In this document: one piece after another, positions 22,924 through 33,620 of the stretch | Numbering within the stretch: position 1 is the first letter of the stretch | Layout: each line of letters starts with the position of its first letter | Assembly (NCBI GenBank): GCA_903847275.1 | Contig: CAINDC010000196.1 | Span: forward strand, 3,884-67,883 | Direction of reading: 5' to 3' | Source: an uncultured Pseudomonadota bacterium | GTDB taxonomy: Bacteria; Pseudomonadota; Gammaproteobacteria; Methylococcales; Methylomonadaceae | DNA length: 64,000 nt | The notes under the pieces: model-generated | Database searches by the model: none | Told to the model about the DNA's origin: nothing | The model's input: only the letters and a program-made list of their open reading frames with translations | Made by a program: the position numbers and the translations under genes

Positions 22924-24276
22924 ATGCTGAAAATCTACAACACCCTGACCCGCTCAAAAGAAATTTTCACACCGCGTATTGCTGGAAAAGTCGGTTTATA
23001 TGTTTGCGGCATGACCGTTTATGATTATTGCCACGTTGGTCACGCTCGTGTGATGGTGGTTTTCGATACCATTGTGCGCTATTTACGTTATTCAAATTAC
23101 GACGTGACTTATGTGCGAAATATCACCGACATTGACGACAAAATTATTCACCGCGCCAATGAAAATGGCGAAGATTTTCACGCATTAACTGAACGATTTA
23201 TTGATGCCATGCACGAAGATGAACGGGCATTATTGGTTTTACCCGTCGATATTGAGCCGCGAGCAACGACTTCAATTCCTGACATTATTTCGATGATTGA
23301 AAAACTGATTGCCAATGAATTTGCGTATGTTGGCACGAATGGCGATGTGTTTTATGCGGTTGAAAAATTTAAAAATTACGGGCAATTATCAGGTAAAAAT
23401 TTAGACGATTTACAAGCAGGCGAACGAGTTGATGTCGATTTAGCAAAACGTAATCCGATGGATTTTGTGTTGTGGAAAATGGCAAAAGCAGACGAACCAT
23501 TTTGGGAATCACCGTGGGGAAATGGTCGTCCTGGTTGGCATATTGAATGCTCTGCGATGTCAACGTGTTGTTTAGGAAATTCATTTGATATTCACGGCGG
23601 CGGCATGGATTTGCAATTTCCGCATCATGAAAATGAAATCGCTCAATCTGAAGGCGCGACGGGGGAAAAGTTTGTGAATTTGTGGATGCACAACGGTTTT
23701 GTGCGAATCAACGAAGAAAAAATGTCGAAATCACTTGGTAATTTTTTCACCGTTCGCGAAGTGTTAAAACAATATCGTCCTGAAATTATCCGTTTCTTTA
23801 TTTTGACCAGCCATTATCGTAGCCCATTAAATTATTCTGATGAATCATTAAACGATGCAGCAGCAGGTTTGACGCGACTTTATACCGCATTGCGTGATGT
23901 TGAAATTATTGAAACTGACATAGATTTGGAATTTAAAAATCGTTTTGAACAAGCGATGAATGATGATTTTAATACGCCTGTTGCGTTAGCGGTTTTGTTC
24001 GATGTGGCGCGTGAATTGAATAAAACTAAATCGCCCGTTTTAGCGGCAACGTTGAAATCATTGGCAAATGTTTTAGGTTTATTACAAAGTGATTCGGAAG
24101 TCTTTTTAAAATCGGGAAATAATGACGATGCTGAAATTGATGCTCAAATTCAAGCGCGAGTTGACGCAAAAAAAGCGAAAAATTGGGCATTAGCAGATCA
24201 AATCCGTGATGAATTAAAAGCTAAAAATATCATTTTAGAAGATTCACCTGATGGTTCAACGCGCTGGCGACGTTGA
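22924..24276 (+). CDS. cysS: Cysteine--tRNA ligase
   Basis: Start trimmed to [16 protein letters not shown] (HIGH-type) and KMSKS motifs present. Confidence 0.95.
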   Translation: MLKIYNTLTRSKEIFTPRIAGKVGLYVCGMTVYDYCHVGHARVMVVFDTIVRYLRYSNYDVTYVRNITDIDDKIIHRANENGEDFHALTERFIDAMHEDERALLVLPVDIEPRATTSIPDIISMIEKLIANEFAYVGTNGDVFYAVEKFKNYGQLSGKNLDDLQAGERVDVDLAKRNPMDFVLWKMAKADEPFWESPWGNGRPGWHIECSAMSTCCLGNSFDIHGGGMDLQFPHHENEIAQSEGATGEKFVNLWMHNGFVRINEEKMSKSLGNFFTVREVLKQYRPEIIRFFILTSHYRSPLNYSDESLNDAAAGLTRLYTALRDVEIIETDIDLEFKNRFEQAMNDDFNTPVALAVLFDVARELNKTKSPVLAATLKSLANVLGLLQSDSEVFLKSGNNDDAEIDAQIQARVDAKKAKNWALADQIRDELKAKNIILEDSPDGSTRWRR

Positions 24277-24307
24277 GTATATAATAGCTCCACTAATTTA
24301 ACCGATT

Positions 24308-27300
24308 ATGGATAGACAGACTTTAATCATGCAATCGACTCAATCTACTGACGAAAAAAATGTTTCTAAAATGCTTTCAAAACTTTTTGAGCAATTACAA
24401 GGTGAATTTGAAAGCACACTTGCTCGTCTTGAAGAACAAAATTGGATTAAGTCGCAAGTAACGCAAATTACATCTTCGATTTATCAAACAAAAAACTTTG
24501 CTGACTTAGCACAAACGCTTCTCTCCGAAATCGCGGCACCTTTGAATATCGGGCAAGGGGCGTTTTATATATTGGGTGAGAATGAGCAGCTGACTTTAAT
24601 CGGTGGTTATGGTCTACGAGCCAATAAGAAACATTCAAGTTATCAACTCGAAATTGGTGAAGGATTAGTTGGGCAATGTGCGAAAGAAAAACGCCAAATC
24701 AAGATTGAAAATTTGCCTTCCGATTACGTCAAAATCAATTCTGCGTTGGGAAATGCGTTACCGCGATGTTTGCTCATCACGCCAATTATGCACATGGATT
24801 GTCTTTTGGGTGTTATTGAATTAGCGTCATTCAATACATTTAACGAACGAGAAATTGCGCTTTTAGATGCCATTATTCCATTGCTTGCGATGAATTTGGA
24901 AATGATGGAGCGCACACTGCACACGCAACGATTATTAGAAGAAACCCAAAAACAAGCTGCGATTATGAAGCAGCAATCGATTGAAATGGCGGAAAAACAA
25001 ATCCAACTTAAAGCGACCGAACGTTGGTATCGCAGTATTGTGGATTCATCGCCAGATGGTTTATTGATTACCGATGAAAATGGTTTGATTGTGTTAACCA
25101 ATCCAAAAATCGTAGATATTTTTGGTTATCAAGCCGATGAATTGGTGGGTCAACCTGTTGAAATTTTAGTACCACAAAATGTGCGTGGTGGACATCACAA
25201 ACATCGTGATGGTTATGTTCAATCGGGCGCGGCAACAAAAAATGGCGAAAGTCGTCAAATGGGTGTTGGTTACATGACATTACACGGCGTTCGTAAAGAT
25301 GGCTCAGAATTTCCTGTTGATTTAGGATTGTCGAAATTGCCCGCGCTTGATGGAAAAGGCGTTTGCATTTGCGTATCAGTGCGCGACATTACAGAACGAA
25401 AAGCGATTGAACAAAAAATCAAACGCGACCAATTCCTTTCTGAAACGGCATTGGATTTAACCCACTCAGGTTATTGGCACGCGACGTTAACTGAAAAAGG
25501 CTTTTTTTATGTTTCTTCTGAACGTGCCTCCTCTATTTTGGGCGCAGATCCAGATAATCTTAATGACGATGATTGGTTATCACCGATTAGCATTGTTGAT
25601 GAAGATATTGCTCGCCATGTCAAAAAGAATTTCGATGACGCATTTTCAGGCGTAGGGTCTTCTTATGACTGTATTTATCCTTACATGCGCCCCATTGACG
25701 GTCGAGTGATTTGGGTTCACGCGATTGGTAACGTAATACGCGATGACGATAATAATTTCGTTGAAGTGTGCGGCGTGATTCAGGATATAACCGAATCAAA
25801 AAATGCTGAAAAAAAACTACAACTTGCTAAAGAACTCGCCGAAGAAGCGGGACAAGCTAAAACAGATTTTCTAGCGAATATGAGTCATGAAATTCGCACA
25901 CCGATGAATGCGGTTATCGGTATGTCATATTTAATGATGAAAACTGATTTAACGCCGCGCCAGCTGAATTATATCAAAAAAATCAACAGTTCAAGCCAAC
26001 ATTTACTTGGCATTATTAACGATATTTTGGATTTTTCTAAGATTGACGCAGGAAAATTGACGATTGAATCGACTGATTTCTTTATGGATAAAGTCCTTAC
26101 TAATGTCACTAATTTAATTGCCGAAAAAGTAAATGACAAAGAGTTGGAACTCATTTTCGATATATCGCCTGATGTGCCACGCCATTTAATGGGCGATCCA
26201 TTGCGTTTGGGGCAAATCCTGATTAATTACGCCAACAATGCGGTGAAATTTACCGAAAAAGGTGAAATTGTCATTGAAGTTCGCCTTGAAGAAAATAATA
26301 CAGATGATGTTTTGGTACATTTCGGTGTACGCGATACAGGCATTGGTTTAACAGAAGAACAAAAAGGACGATTATTTCAATCTTTCCAACAAGCCGATAC
26401 ATCAACCAGTCGTAAATATGGCGGGACAGGTTTGGGACTTGCGATTTCTAAACAGCTCGCGCAGTTAATGGGTGGTGACGTTGGTGTTGAAAGTGAATTA
26501 GGAAAAGGCAGCACTTTTTGGTTCACCGCAAAATTAAACCGTATTAAAGAAGGTGAAATTGTCCAAAAATCCACAATGGATTTGCGGGGTTATAAAGCCC
26601 TCGTTGTCGATGATAATTTCACTGCTCGTCAAGTATTGTCTGACCAACTGAATCATCTGTCTTTCCTTGTGACGCAAGCAGAATCAGGTAATGAAGCCAT
26701 AAAGGCGATTGAACTCGCTGCAAAAAATCACAAACCTTTCGATATTGTTTTTATTGATTGGAAAATGCCAAAAATGAACGGCTTGGAAACGGCGCGTAAT
26801 ATCCATTTACTTGAACTAGAGCAAATTCCAAAAATCGTTATGGTAACGGCTTATGGGCGTGATGATGTTGTCGATGATGCGGCGAAAGTCGGCGTGGAAT
26901 GTATTTTGACAAAACCAGTCAATTCTTCCACATTGCTGAATTCGATTATGCGGGCGTTTAAAGGCGAAGAAGTTAAACAACCAAATACAAAACGAAATAC
27001 ATCAAATTTGATAGAAAGTTTAACGGCTATCAAAAGAGCAGCAATTCTACTTACCGAAGATAATGAACTCAATCAAGAAGTCGCGTGTGGTTTATTAGAG
27101 TTTGGTAATTTTGATTTAGATATTGCAAACAACGGTCAAGAAGCCATTGATATGGTTGGTATCAAGCATTACGACATCGTATTAATGGATATGCAAATGC
27201 CTGTGATGGACGGCGTGGCGGCGACTATCGAAATTCGTAAAAATACAGATTTAGATGCGTTACCGATTATTGCCATGACCGCAAATGCAAGATCAGAAGA

Positions 27301-28066
27301 TAAAGAAAAATGTTTAAGTGCGGGAATGCAAGACCATATTTCAAAACCGATTGATCCCGAAGAATTATTCAATGCGTTGCTTACATGGATTAAACCGCGT
27401 GATGGTGTTGGTGAAATAATTGAATCTGAACAACAAACCAACCCTGAAAAATCCTCGCCAGAAATCAATTTGAATGATTTGTTAATTATTGAAAATCTTG
27501 ATGTGGAACTTGGTTTGCAGCGTGTATTAGGTAATAGAACACTTTATTTGAATATATTACGCAAATATATCGGCAATCAAGATACCGCAGTAGCAGAAAT
27601 TAGAACGGCTTTGAGTGCGGGTGATTATTCGACGGCAGAGCGTCTTGTCCATACACTTAAAAGCATGAGCGGAAATATAGGGGCAACACTTTTACAAAGT
27701 ACGGCAGAAGAATTAGAAAATATGATTCGCAGTGGTGAGATTAACAACATTGACGTTAAACTTACCGTATTTTCAGAAATGCTTGATGCAATGGTTGCTA
27801 AAATAAAAAAGGGATTGCCCGCTGAAGAAGCGCATATTGTAAAAACCATTGATGCAAGCAAAGCTCCTGAAGTTATTAGACAATTAAAAGAATTACTCGC
27901 GGCTGACAGCAGTAAATCGGGTGCGCTAATTGATGATAATCTTGATTTATTGCATTTTATTTTGGGTGCGAAAGCATTTTCAAAAATAGATCGTGCTGTA
28001 AAACAATTTGATTTAGATGAAGCCCTAGAGTTTCTCGAAGAACGTATTACAGAACTTGAAATTTAA
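24308..28066 (+). CDS. Cytoplasmic hybrid sensor histidine kinase (GAF-PAS-PAS-HisKA-HATPase-REC-REC-Hpt)
   Basis: 1252 aa with no obvious TM segment. It has a GAF-like N-terminus, H-box [16 protein letters not shown] and G-box GGTGLGLAI. Two receiver domains carry [11 protein letters not shown] and [11 protein letters not shown]. The C-terminal Hpt carries [12 protein letters not shown]. Confidence 0.85.
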   Translation: MDRQTLIMQSTQSTDEKNVSKMLSKLFEQLQGEFESTLARLEEQNWIKSQVTQITSSIYQTKNFADLAQTLLSEIAAPLNIGQGAFYILGENEQLTLIGGYGLRANKKHSSYQLEIGEGLVGQCAKEKRQIKIENLPSDYVKINSALGNALPRCLLITPIMHMDCLLGVIELASFNTFNEREIALLDAIIPLLAMNLEMMERTLHTQRLLEETQKQAAIMKQQSIEMAEKQIQLKATERWYRSIVDSSPDGLLITDENGLIVLTNPKIVDIFGYQADELVGQPVEILVPQNVRGGHHKHRDGYVQSGAATKNGESRQMGVGYMTLHGVRKDGSEFPVDLGLSKLPALDGKGVCICVSVRDITERKAIEQKIKRDQFLSETALDLTHSGYWHATLTEKGFFYVSSERASSILGADPDNLNDDDWLSPISIVDEDIARHVKKNFDDAFSGVGSSYDCIYPYMRPIDGRVIWVHAIGNVIRDDDNNFVEVCGVIQDITESKNAEKKLQLAKELAEEAGQAKTDFLANMSHEIRTPMNAVIGMSYLMMKTDLTPRQLNYIKKINSSSQHLLGIINDILDFSKIDAGKLTIESTDFFMDKVLTNVTNLIAEKVNDKELELIFDISPDVPRHLMGDPLRLGQILINYANNAVKFTEKGEIVIEVRLEENNTDDVLVHFGVRDTGIGLTEEQKGRLFQSFQQADTSTSRKYGGTGLGLAISKQLAQLMGGDVGVESELGKGSTFWFTAKLNRIKEGEIVQKSTMDLRGYKALVVDDNFTARQVLSDQLNHLSFLVTQAESGNEAIKAIELAAKNHKPFDIVFIDWKMPKMNGLETARNIHLLELEQIPKIVMVTAYGRDDVVDDAAKVGVECILTKPVNSSTLLNSIMRAFKGEEVKQPNTKRNTSNLIESLTAIKRAAILLTEDNELNQEVACGLLEFGNFDLDIANNGQEAIDMVGIKHYDIVLMDMQMPVMDGVAATIEIRKNTDLDALPIIAMTANARSEDKEKCLSAGMQDHISKPIDPEELFNALLTWIKPRDGVGEIIESEQQTNPEKSSPEINLNDLLIIENLDVELGLQRVLGNRTLYLNILRKYIGNQDTAVAEIRTALSAGDYSTAERLVHTLKSMSGNIGATLLQSTAEELENMIRSGEINNIDVKLTVFSEMLDAMVAKIKKGLPAEEAHIVKTIDASKAPEVIRQLKELLAADSSKSGALIDDNLDLLHFILGAKAFSKIDRAVKQFDLDEALEFLEERITELEI

Positions 28067-28102
28067 CTACAAAAAAATAATAAAATTATTTAGAGGAAAA
28101 CA

Positions 28103-29287
28103 ATGTCTTCAACTAACGAAAATACCGACAAAGCAACGATTCTTGTCGTTGATGATACGCCCGACAATCTTATTATTATGAGTAATTTGCTCGAAGATAA
28201 ATATATCGTTAAAGTTGCAAATCGGGGTGAAAAAGGTTTGAAAATCGCCCGTTCAGATTCACCGCCTGATTTGATTCTTTTGGATATTATGATGCCTGAA
28301 ATGGACGGTTATGAAGTGTGCGAACTTTTGAAAGCCGACCCAAAAACCGCTGATATTCCGATTATTTTTCTGACAGCTAAAAACGAAGTTGATGATGAAA
28401 TTTCTGGTTTTACACTGGGTGCAGTCGATTACATTACAAAACCAATTCAAGCCGAAGTCACATTAGCCAGAATCAAACGGCATTTGACGATTAAAATGGC
28501 ACAAGATAAACAACGCGCCACCGCCGAAAAATTGCGTAATCAATTACTACATCTGCAAAAAGTGAGCAGCATGGGGCAATTAACGGCGGGCGTTGCACAC
28601 GAATTTAATAACATTTTAGGTGTTATCAGTGGTTACACTGAAATAAGCAAAATGATTCTTGAAGATATTCAAGATGACAATTGCAAAGACGATTTAGGTC
28701 AAAATTTATCTGCGGTTGAAAAAGGAGTCAAAAAAGCGACTAATTTAATTCAAAAAATGCTTGTTTATTGCAATCAGCATGATTTGAACGAAATAAAAAA
28801 AATGGATGTTAAATCGACAGCGGACATTATCAATGATGTTTTATCAACGCTAGATGCGACGGATAAAGCGAAAACGACCTTAACGCTGTCATCGTGTGCA
28901 AAAAATATCGAAATAGATTCGACCGCATTAAATCAAATCGTGACCAATTTAGTGAACAATGCACATTACACCATCAAAGATATTCCAAGTGGACGGGTGG
29001 AAATTTCATTACAAATGACTCAATTAGATGAATTGCACTGTGCAGCTTGCGGCAATGAAATAAGCGGCTCATTTATCAAATTAAGAGTATCGGATAATGG
29101 CAGTGGAATGGATTGCGAAACAGCCGCGAAAGTATTTGATCCATTTTTCACCACAAAACCTGTTGGCGATGGTGTCGGCTTAGGACTTTCGGTGGTTAGC
29201 GGCATAGTGCATCAATCGAATGGTCATATTATTGTTGATTCAACATTAGGTGAAGGCACGATATTTAAATTATTTTTCCCCATTTGA
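28103..29287 (+). CDS. Response-regulator receiver fused to histidine kinase (REC-HisKA-HATPase)
   Basis: 394 aa. ILVVDDTP...LLDIMMPEMDG receiver, H-box AGVAHEFNNIL, and DNGSGM / GVGLGLS ATPase motifs. Confidence 0.8.
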   Translation: MSSTNENTDKATILVVDDTPDNLIIMSNLLEDKYIVKVANRGEKGLKIARSDSPPDLILLDIMMPEMDGYEVCELLKADPKTADIPIIFLTAKNEVDDEISGFTLGAVDYITKPIQAEVTLARIKRHLTIKMAQDKQRATAEKLRNQLLHLQKVSSMGQLTAGVAHEFNNILGVISGYTEISKMILEDIQDDNCKDDLGQNLSAVEKGVKKATNLIQKMLVYCNQHDLNEIKKMDVKSTADIINDVLSTLDATDKAKTTLTLSSCAKNIEIDSTALNQIVTNLVNNAHYTIKDIPSGRVEISLQMTQLDELHCAACGNEISGSFIKLRVSDNGSGMDCETAAKVFDPFFTTKPVGDGVGLGLSVVSGIVHQSNGHIIVDSTLGEGTIFKLFFPI

Positions 29288-29302
29288 GTATTGTAAATTT
29301 TC

Positions 29303-31531
29303 ATGTTCGTTCATTCACAAATTGAAATCCAAGGCTTTGTACAAGGCGTTGGATTTCGTCCATTTGTGGCACGTTTAGCGACGCGATTTTTACAAAATGG
29401 GGGGATTAAAAACACATCAACAGGCGTTTTAATTTCAGTTGAAGGTTTACAAATTCAACAGCAAGAATTTTTCGATGCACTTCAAAATGAATTACCGCCA
29501 TTTGCGGAAATTCACTATTTAAAAATTACTTCTGAGCCGTTACAAAATTTCAATCAATTTGAAATTTCCCCCAGTGTTTCTAATTCTCGAACTTTTGCTT
29601 TTTCATTGCCCGATATTGCGACGTGTCCCGAATGCGTTGAAGATATTTTCAATCCAAAAAGTCGTTATTTTCGTTATCCGTTCACCAGTTGTTGCAGTTG
29701 TGGCGCACGTTACAGCATCGCGACGCGCCAACCTTATGACCGCGAAAACACCAGCATGGCAAAATTTATTTTGTGTTTGGATTGTGAAAGCGAATATCGA
29801 ACAATAGACAATCGCCGTTTTCACGCACAAACCATTGCCTGTCCAACGTGTGGTGTTCAACTTTCTTTTTTGGATAATTTTGGAAATTTTATCGCTGAAA
29901 AAGAAGACGCTTTGGAATCGGCGGTTAAAGCATTAAAAGCAGGAAAAATCATTGCGTTAAAAGGTATTGGTGGTTATCAATTAGTTGTCGATGCGACAAA
30001 TGAAACAGCAGTTCAGCGTTTGCGCGAACGAAAAAAACGCCCAATGAAACCATTTGCGTTAATGGTTAAAAATTTAGCCGCCGCGCATTTGTTATGCGAC
30101 ATCAGAGAACTCGAACAATCCGCCCTCACCTCATCTGCTGCGCCAATCGTTTTATTAAAACGTCGTGAATTTTCCGATATTGCCAAATCCGTCGCTCCGC
30201 AACAATCGTTGCTCGGCGTGATGCTGGCATATTCTCCGTTGCATCACTTGCTGTTGCATGATTTTAATTCGCCGATTGTTGCGACGAGTGGGAATCGTTC
30301 CAACGAACCAATTTGTATTGATAACACGCAAGCGTTGGAAAAATTAGCCGATATTGCCGATTATTTTTTGGTTCACAATCGTGCGATTTTACGCCCGCTC
30401 GATGATTCGATTGCGCGAGAAATCAATGGAAAAATGACGGTTTTTCGACGTGCGCGTGGCTTTGCGCCATTGCCAATAAAAATAAATGCAATTATGCCAA
30501 ACACGCTTGCTGTCGGTGGACAAATGAAAAACACCATTGCGATTAGTCATAATAATCAAACGATTTTAAGTCAGCATTTAGGCGATTTGGATTCCGAAGC
30601 GACGCGCAAGCAATTTGAAAAAATACTCGCGGATTTACAAAAATCTTATGCTTTTGAACCGTTGCGAGTGATGCACGATTTGCATCCCGATTATGTGAGC
30701 AGTCAGTTTGCGGCAAATTTAAATATCGAAAAACACGCTGTGCAACATCATTACGCCCACGCGCTTTCGTGTATGGCTGAAAATAATGTGTTGCCACCCG
30801 CGTTAGGAATTGTTTTTGATGGTTCGGGTTTTGGTTTGGACGGCACGATTTGGGGTGGAGAGTTTTTGCTAATTGATGAAAAAGGTTTTGAACGTTTCGC
30901 CTATTTTCACCCATTTCCATTAGTTGGCGGCTCGAAAGCGATTCAAGAACCACGTCGCGCAGCATTAGGTTTGTTGTTTTGTTGTTATGGCGAAGTGGCT
31001 TTTGAAAAGATGGATTTTGATTTTTCGCAAACTGAAAAAACTATATTAAAAATCGCTTTGACTAAAAATTTGAATTGCCCAAAGACTAGCAGTGTTGGAC
31101 GTTTATTTGATGCAGTGGCGAGTTTATTGGAGATTTGCCACGTTAATCAATACGAAGGTCACGCGGCAATGTTGCTGGAATCATGCGCTGCAAAATCTAA
31201 AACGAATGATTTTTATACGTTTGAAATAAAAGAAAAAATAATTGATTGGAAGCCGATGATTGAGCAACTTTTAACAGATAAAAAATCGCAATTGACCAAT
31301 TATTGTGCAGCAAAATTTCATAATACGTTGGCAAAAATTAGCCTTGAAATTGCTCAACGAGCGAATCAAAAAAATATCGTTTTAAGTGGTGGCTGTTTTC
31401 AAAATGCACAACTCACCACAAAGATTTTTGTCGAATTAACAGCTGCAAATTTTTCTGTTTACACACATCAAAATGTGCCGCCCAATGACGGAGGTTTGGC
31501 ATTGGGGCAATTATTCGCAGCGTCTTTTTAA
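29303..31531 (+). CDS. hypF: [NiFe]-hydrogenase maturation carbamoyltransferase HypF
   Basis: 742 aa. Acylphosphatase-like N-terminus (GFVQGVGFRPFV), two CxxC-x18-CxxC zinc-finger pairs, YrdC-like and Kae1-like domains. Confidence 0.9.
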   Translation: MFVHSQIEIQGFVQGVGFRPFVARLATRFLQNGGIKNTSTGVLISVEGLQIQQQEFFDALQNELPPFAEIHYLKITSEPLQNFNQFEISPSVSNSRTFAFSLPDIATCPECVEDIFNPKSRYFRYPFTSCCSCGARYSIATRQPYDRENTSMAKFILCLDCESEYRTIDNRRFHAQTIACPTCGVQLSFLDNFGNFIAEKEDALESAVKALKAGKIIALKGIGGYQLVVDATNETAVQRLRERKKRPMKPFALMVKNLAAAHLLCDIRELEQSALTSSAAPIVLLKRREFSDIAKSVAPQQSLLGVMLAYSPLHHLLLHDFNSPIVATSGNRSNEPICIDNTQALEKLADIADYFLVHNRAILRPLDDSIAREINGKMTVFRRARGFAPLPIKINAIMPNTLAVGGQMKNTIAISHNNQTILSQHLGDLDSEATRKQFEKILADLQKSYAFEPLRVMHDLHPDYVSSQFAANLNIEKHAVQHHYAHALSCMAENNVLPPALGIVFDGSGFGLDGTIWGGEFLLIDEKGFERFAYFHPFPLVGGSKAIQEPRRAALGLLFCCYGEVAFEKMDFDFSQTEKTILKIALTKNLNCPKTSSVGRLFDAVASLLEICHVNQYEGHAAMLLESCAAKSKTNDFYTFEIKEKIIDWKPMIEQLLTDKKSQLTNYCAAKFHNTLAKISLEIAQRANQKNIVLSGGCFQNAQLTTKIFVELTAANFSVYTHQNVPPNDGGLALGQLFAASF

Positions 31532-31827
31532 CTTGATTCAGTCTTTTCGTCAGTGTTTTTTTCGTTAAATACAAAATACAAATTGCGAGCATAAATAAAT
31601 AAGCCGCTCGCTTGTCCTAAAATAAAAACAGGGTCTTGGCGATAAATTGCGTATGCCAATAAAGTTAGTCCACCGCCAATGCTGAAATACCAAAATGCGA
31701 CAGGAAAAACACTTTTTTTTGCTTTTTCACTTTTAAGCCACTGAATAATAAAGCGCGCTGAAAATAATGCCTGCCCTAAAAATCCAATCCCCAACCAAAT
31801 AGTTTCTTGACTGATATTAACGTTCAA
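31528..31827 (-). CDS. Small membrane protein with lipid-A-biosynthesis N-terminal (LAB_N) domain
   Basis: 99 aa, 3 TM. LGQALFSARFIIQWLKSEK motif. Overlaps the GT2 gene by 11 nt. Confidence 0.65.
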   Translation of the reverse strand: MNVNISQETIWLGIGFLGQALFSARFIIQWLKSEKAKKSVFPVAFWYFSIGGGLTLLAYAIYRQDPVFILGQASGLFIYARNLYFVFNEKNTDEKTESS

Positions 31828-32545
31828 TTTCGCTAACCTCGGTAAGTTTCATTCTTGTTTTTAACCAAATTACGCCCGCAATATCGCTAATTCCAACCCA
31901 TAGACGGTCAAGTGTGCCGTAATTAGAAACGCCGCGTTCTCTGGCGCGATGCGTAACAGGAATAGAAACAACTTGATAGCCCGAACGAAGCATTAACGCA
32001 GGTAAGAAACGATGGTAATGATCAAAAAAGGGGAGTTGTAAAGCGGCATCGCGCAAAAAAACTTTCAAGCCACAACCCGTGTCTGGCGTAGCATCACCTA
32101 ATAATCGTGAGCGAATACCGTTAGCAAATTTCGACGAAAATAATCGCCATGCGGAATCGTGACGCTGATTTCTCCAACCTGCAATCATAGCAAGTTTTAA
32201 ATTAGTTTCGCGTTGCGATTGTAATTGCGCGTATAAATTCGGAATATCAACTGGATTATTTTGTCCATCACCATCAAGTGTTGCAATTACAGGAAATTTC
32301 GCAGCTTTGATGCCTGTGTAAATTGCAGCACTTTGTCCACAGCTTTTTTCATGATGAAAAACGCGCAGATTTGGAATCGTTTGTTGAGCTGTTTTTAAAA
32401 TTTCTAACGTGTTATCGCTACTGCCGTCATTGATATAAATAATTTCATAGTCAGCAAAATTTTGTAAAGTCGCAATGATTTCGTTTAATAGCGGAGTGAT
32501 ATTTTCAGCTTCATTATGAACAGGAACAACGATTGAAATCGTCAT
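31817..32545 (-). CDS. Family-2 glycosyltransferase, polyprenyl-phosphate sugar transferase type (ArnC/DPM1-like)
   Basis: 242 aa. ISIVVPVHNE, YINDGSSD and LDGDGQN motifs. Confidence 0.8.
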   Translation of the reverse strand: MTISIVVPVHNEAENITPLLNEIIATLQNFADYEIIYINDGSSDNTLEILKTAQQTIPNLRVFHHEKSCGQSAAIYTGIKAAKFPVIATLDGDGQNNPVDIPNLYAQLQSQRETNLKLAMIAGWRNQRHDSAWRLFSSKFANGIRSRLLGDATPDTGCGLKVFLRDAALQLPFFDHYHRFLPALMLRSGYQVVSIPVTHRARERGVSNYGTLDRLWVGISDIAGVIWLKTRMKLTEVSEIER

Positions 32546-32582
32546 AAAAACCTCGTGATTTTAGAATTGAACCATAAAAAAA

Positions 32583-32606
32583 GGGCTACATCTTAAAATG
32601 CAGCCC
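32583..32606 (-). terminator. rpsI terminator
   Basis: Stem GGGCTACAT/ATGCAGCCC (one mismatch) followed on the minus strand by a T-run (A-run at ~32574-32582 on the plus strand). Confidence 0.6.
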
Positions 32607-32658
32607 TTTATTCGTGCCACTGTGTTGAGTAAAAACCCAACACAACAAGCCAAAACGA

Positions 32659-33051
32659 TTAACGTTTTGAGTATTGTGGACGTTTTCTCGCTTTGTGTAA
32701 GCCGATTTTTTTACGTTCGACTTCACGCGAATCACGCGTTACAAAACCTGCTTTTCTTAATTCAGGACGCAATGTTTCATCATAAACCATCAACGCACGA
32801 GTTAAACCGTGACGAATCGCGCCAGCTTGACCAGAAGGACCACTGCCTTTTACGAAAACGTTGACATCGAATTTACCCATCATCTCAAGCAATTCAAGCG
32901 GTTGAGTTGAAACCATTTGATCCGTTTTACGACCAAAATAAACGTCTAATTCTTTGTTGTTGACAGTAAATTTGCCTGTTCCCGCCACTGCATAAACGCG
33001 AGCAGTTGCACTTTTACGACGACCTGTACCATAGTATTGAGTTGCAGCCAT
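32659..33051 (-). CDS. rpsI: 30S ribosomal protein S9
   Basis: 130 aa ending ...[11 protein letters not shown]. Confidence 0.95.
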   Translation of the reverse strand: MAATQYYGTGRRKSATARVYAVAGTGKFTVNNKELDVYFGRKTDQMVSTQPLELLEMMGKFDVNVFVKGSGPSGQAGAIRHGLTRALMVYDETLRPELRKAGFVTRDSREVERKKIGLHKARKRPQYSKR

Positions 33052-33053
33052 GT

Positions 33054-33494
33054 TTATTTACTCACAAATAATTCTAAAACTTTAGGTTGTTGTGCTTGAT
33101 GCTCGTGTTCTGCACCAGCATACACTTTCAACTTTTTAAACATCGCACGACCCAATGGATTGTTCGGTAACATACCTTTTACAGCTGTCGTTAGAATACG
33201 ATCTGGGAAGGTTTTTCTTAATTTACCTAACGTCGTTGTTTTCAAGTTACCGATATAACCTGTGTGATGTTGGTAAAGTTTGTTTTTTTCTTTATTGCCT
33301 GTTACGCCAATTTTTTCAGCATTTACCACGATGATGTAATCACCAGTGTCAACGTGTGGCGTGTATTCAGGTTTATGTTTTCCACGAAGGCGAAGTGCGA
33401 TTTCAGAAGCTAAACGACCTAACGTTTTACCTTCCGCATCAACCACATACCAATCACGTTTTACTTCTGCGGGTTTTGCGCTAAATGTTTTCAT
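33054..33494 (-). CDS. rplM: 50S ribosomal protein L13
   Basis: 146 aa. [19 protein letters not shown] is a typical L13 start. Confidence 0.95.
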   Translation of the reverse strand: MKTFSAKPAEVKRDWYVVDAEGKTLGRLASEIALRLRGKHKPEYTPHVDTGDYIIVVNAEKIGVTGNKEKNKLYQHHTGYIGNLKTTTLGKLRKTFPDRILTTAVKGMLPNNPLGRAMFKKLKVYAGAEHEHQAQQPKVLELFVSK

Positions 33495-33579
33495 TTTTTT
33501 ATTTCTACCAAAAATCTCAATAATTGAGAGCGAAAATTAAGTAAATCACCAACTTTTACAGCTGGTTCTTATGGTGGCT

Positions 33580-33609
33580 ATTATAGACCAGTAAACACTT
33601 ATATAACAA
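33580..33609 (-). promoter_or_regulatory. Candidate sigma-70 promoter of rplM-rpsI
   Basis: Minus strand: TTGTTA (33604-33609), 18-nt spacer, TATAAT (33580-33585). Confidence 0.35.
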
Positions 33610-33620
33610 CCGCGCATCGT

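Noticed and set aside
33515-33529. TCTCAATAATTGAGA palindrome in the rplM leader as a regulatory hairpin
   Set aside because: The loop is too small (1 nt) for a stable RNA hairpin, and I have no known L13 operator to compare it with. Noted only.
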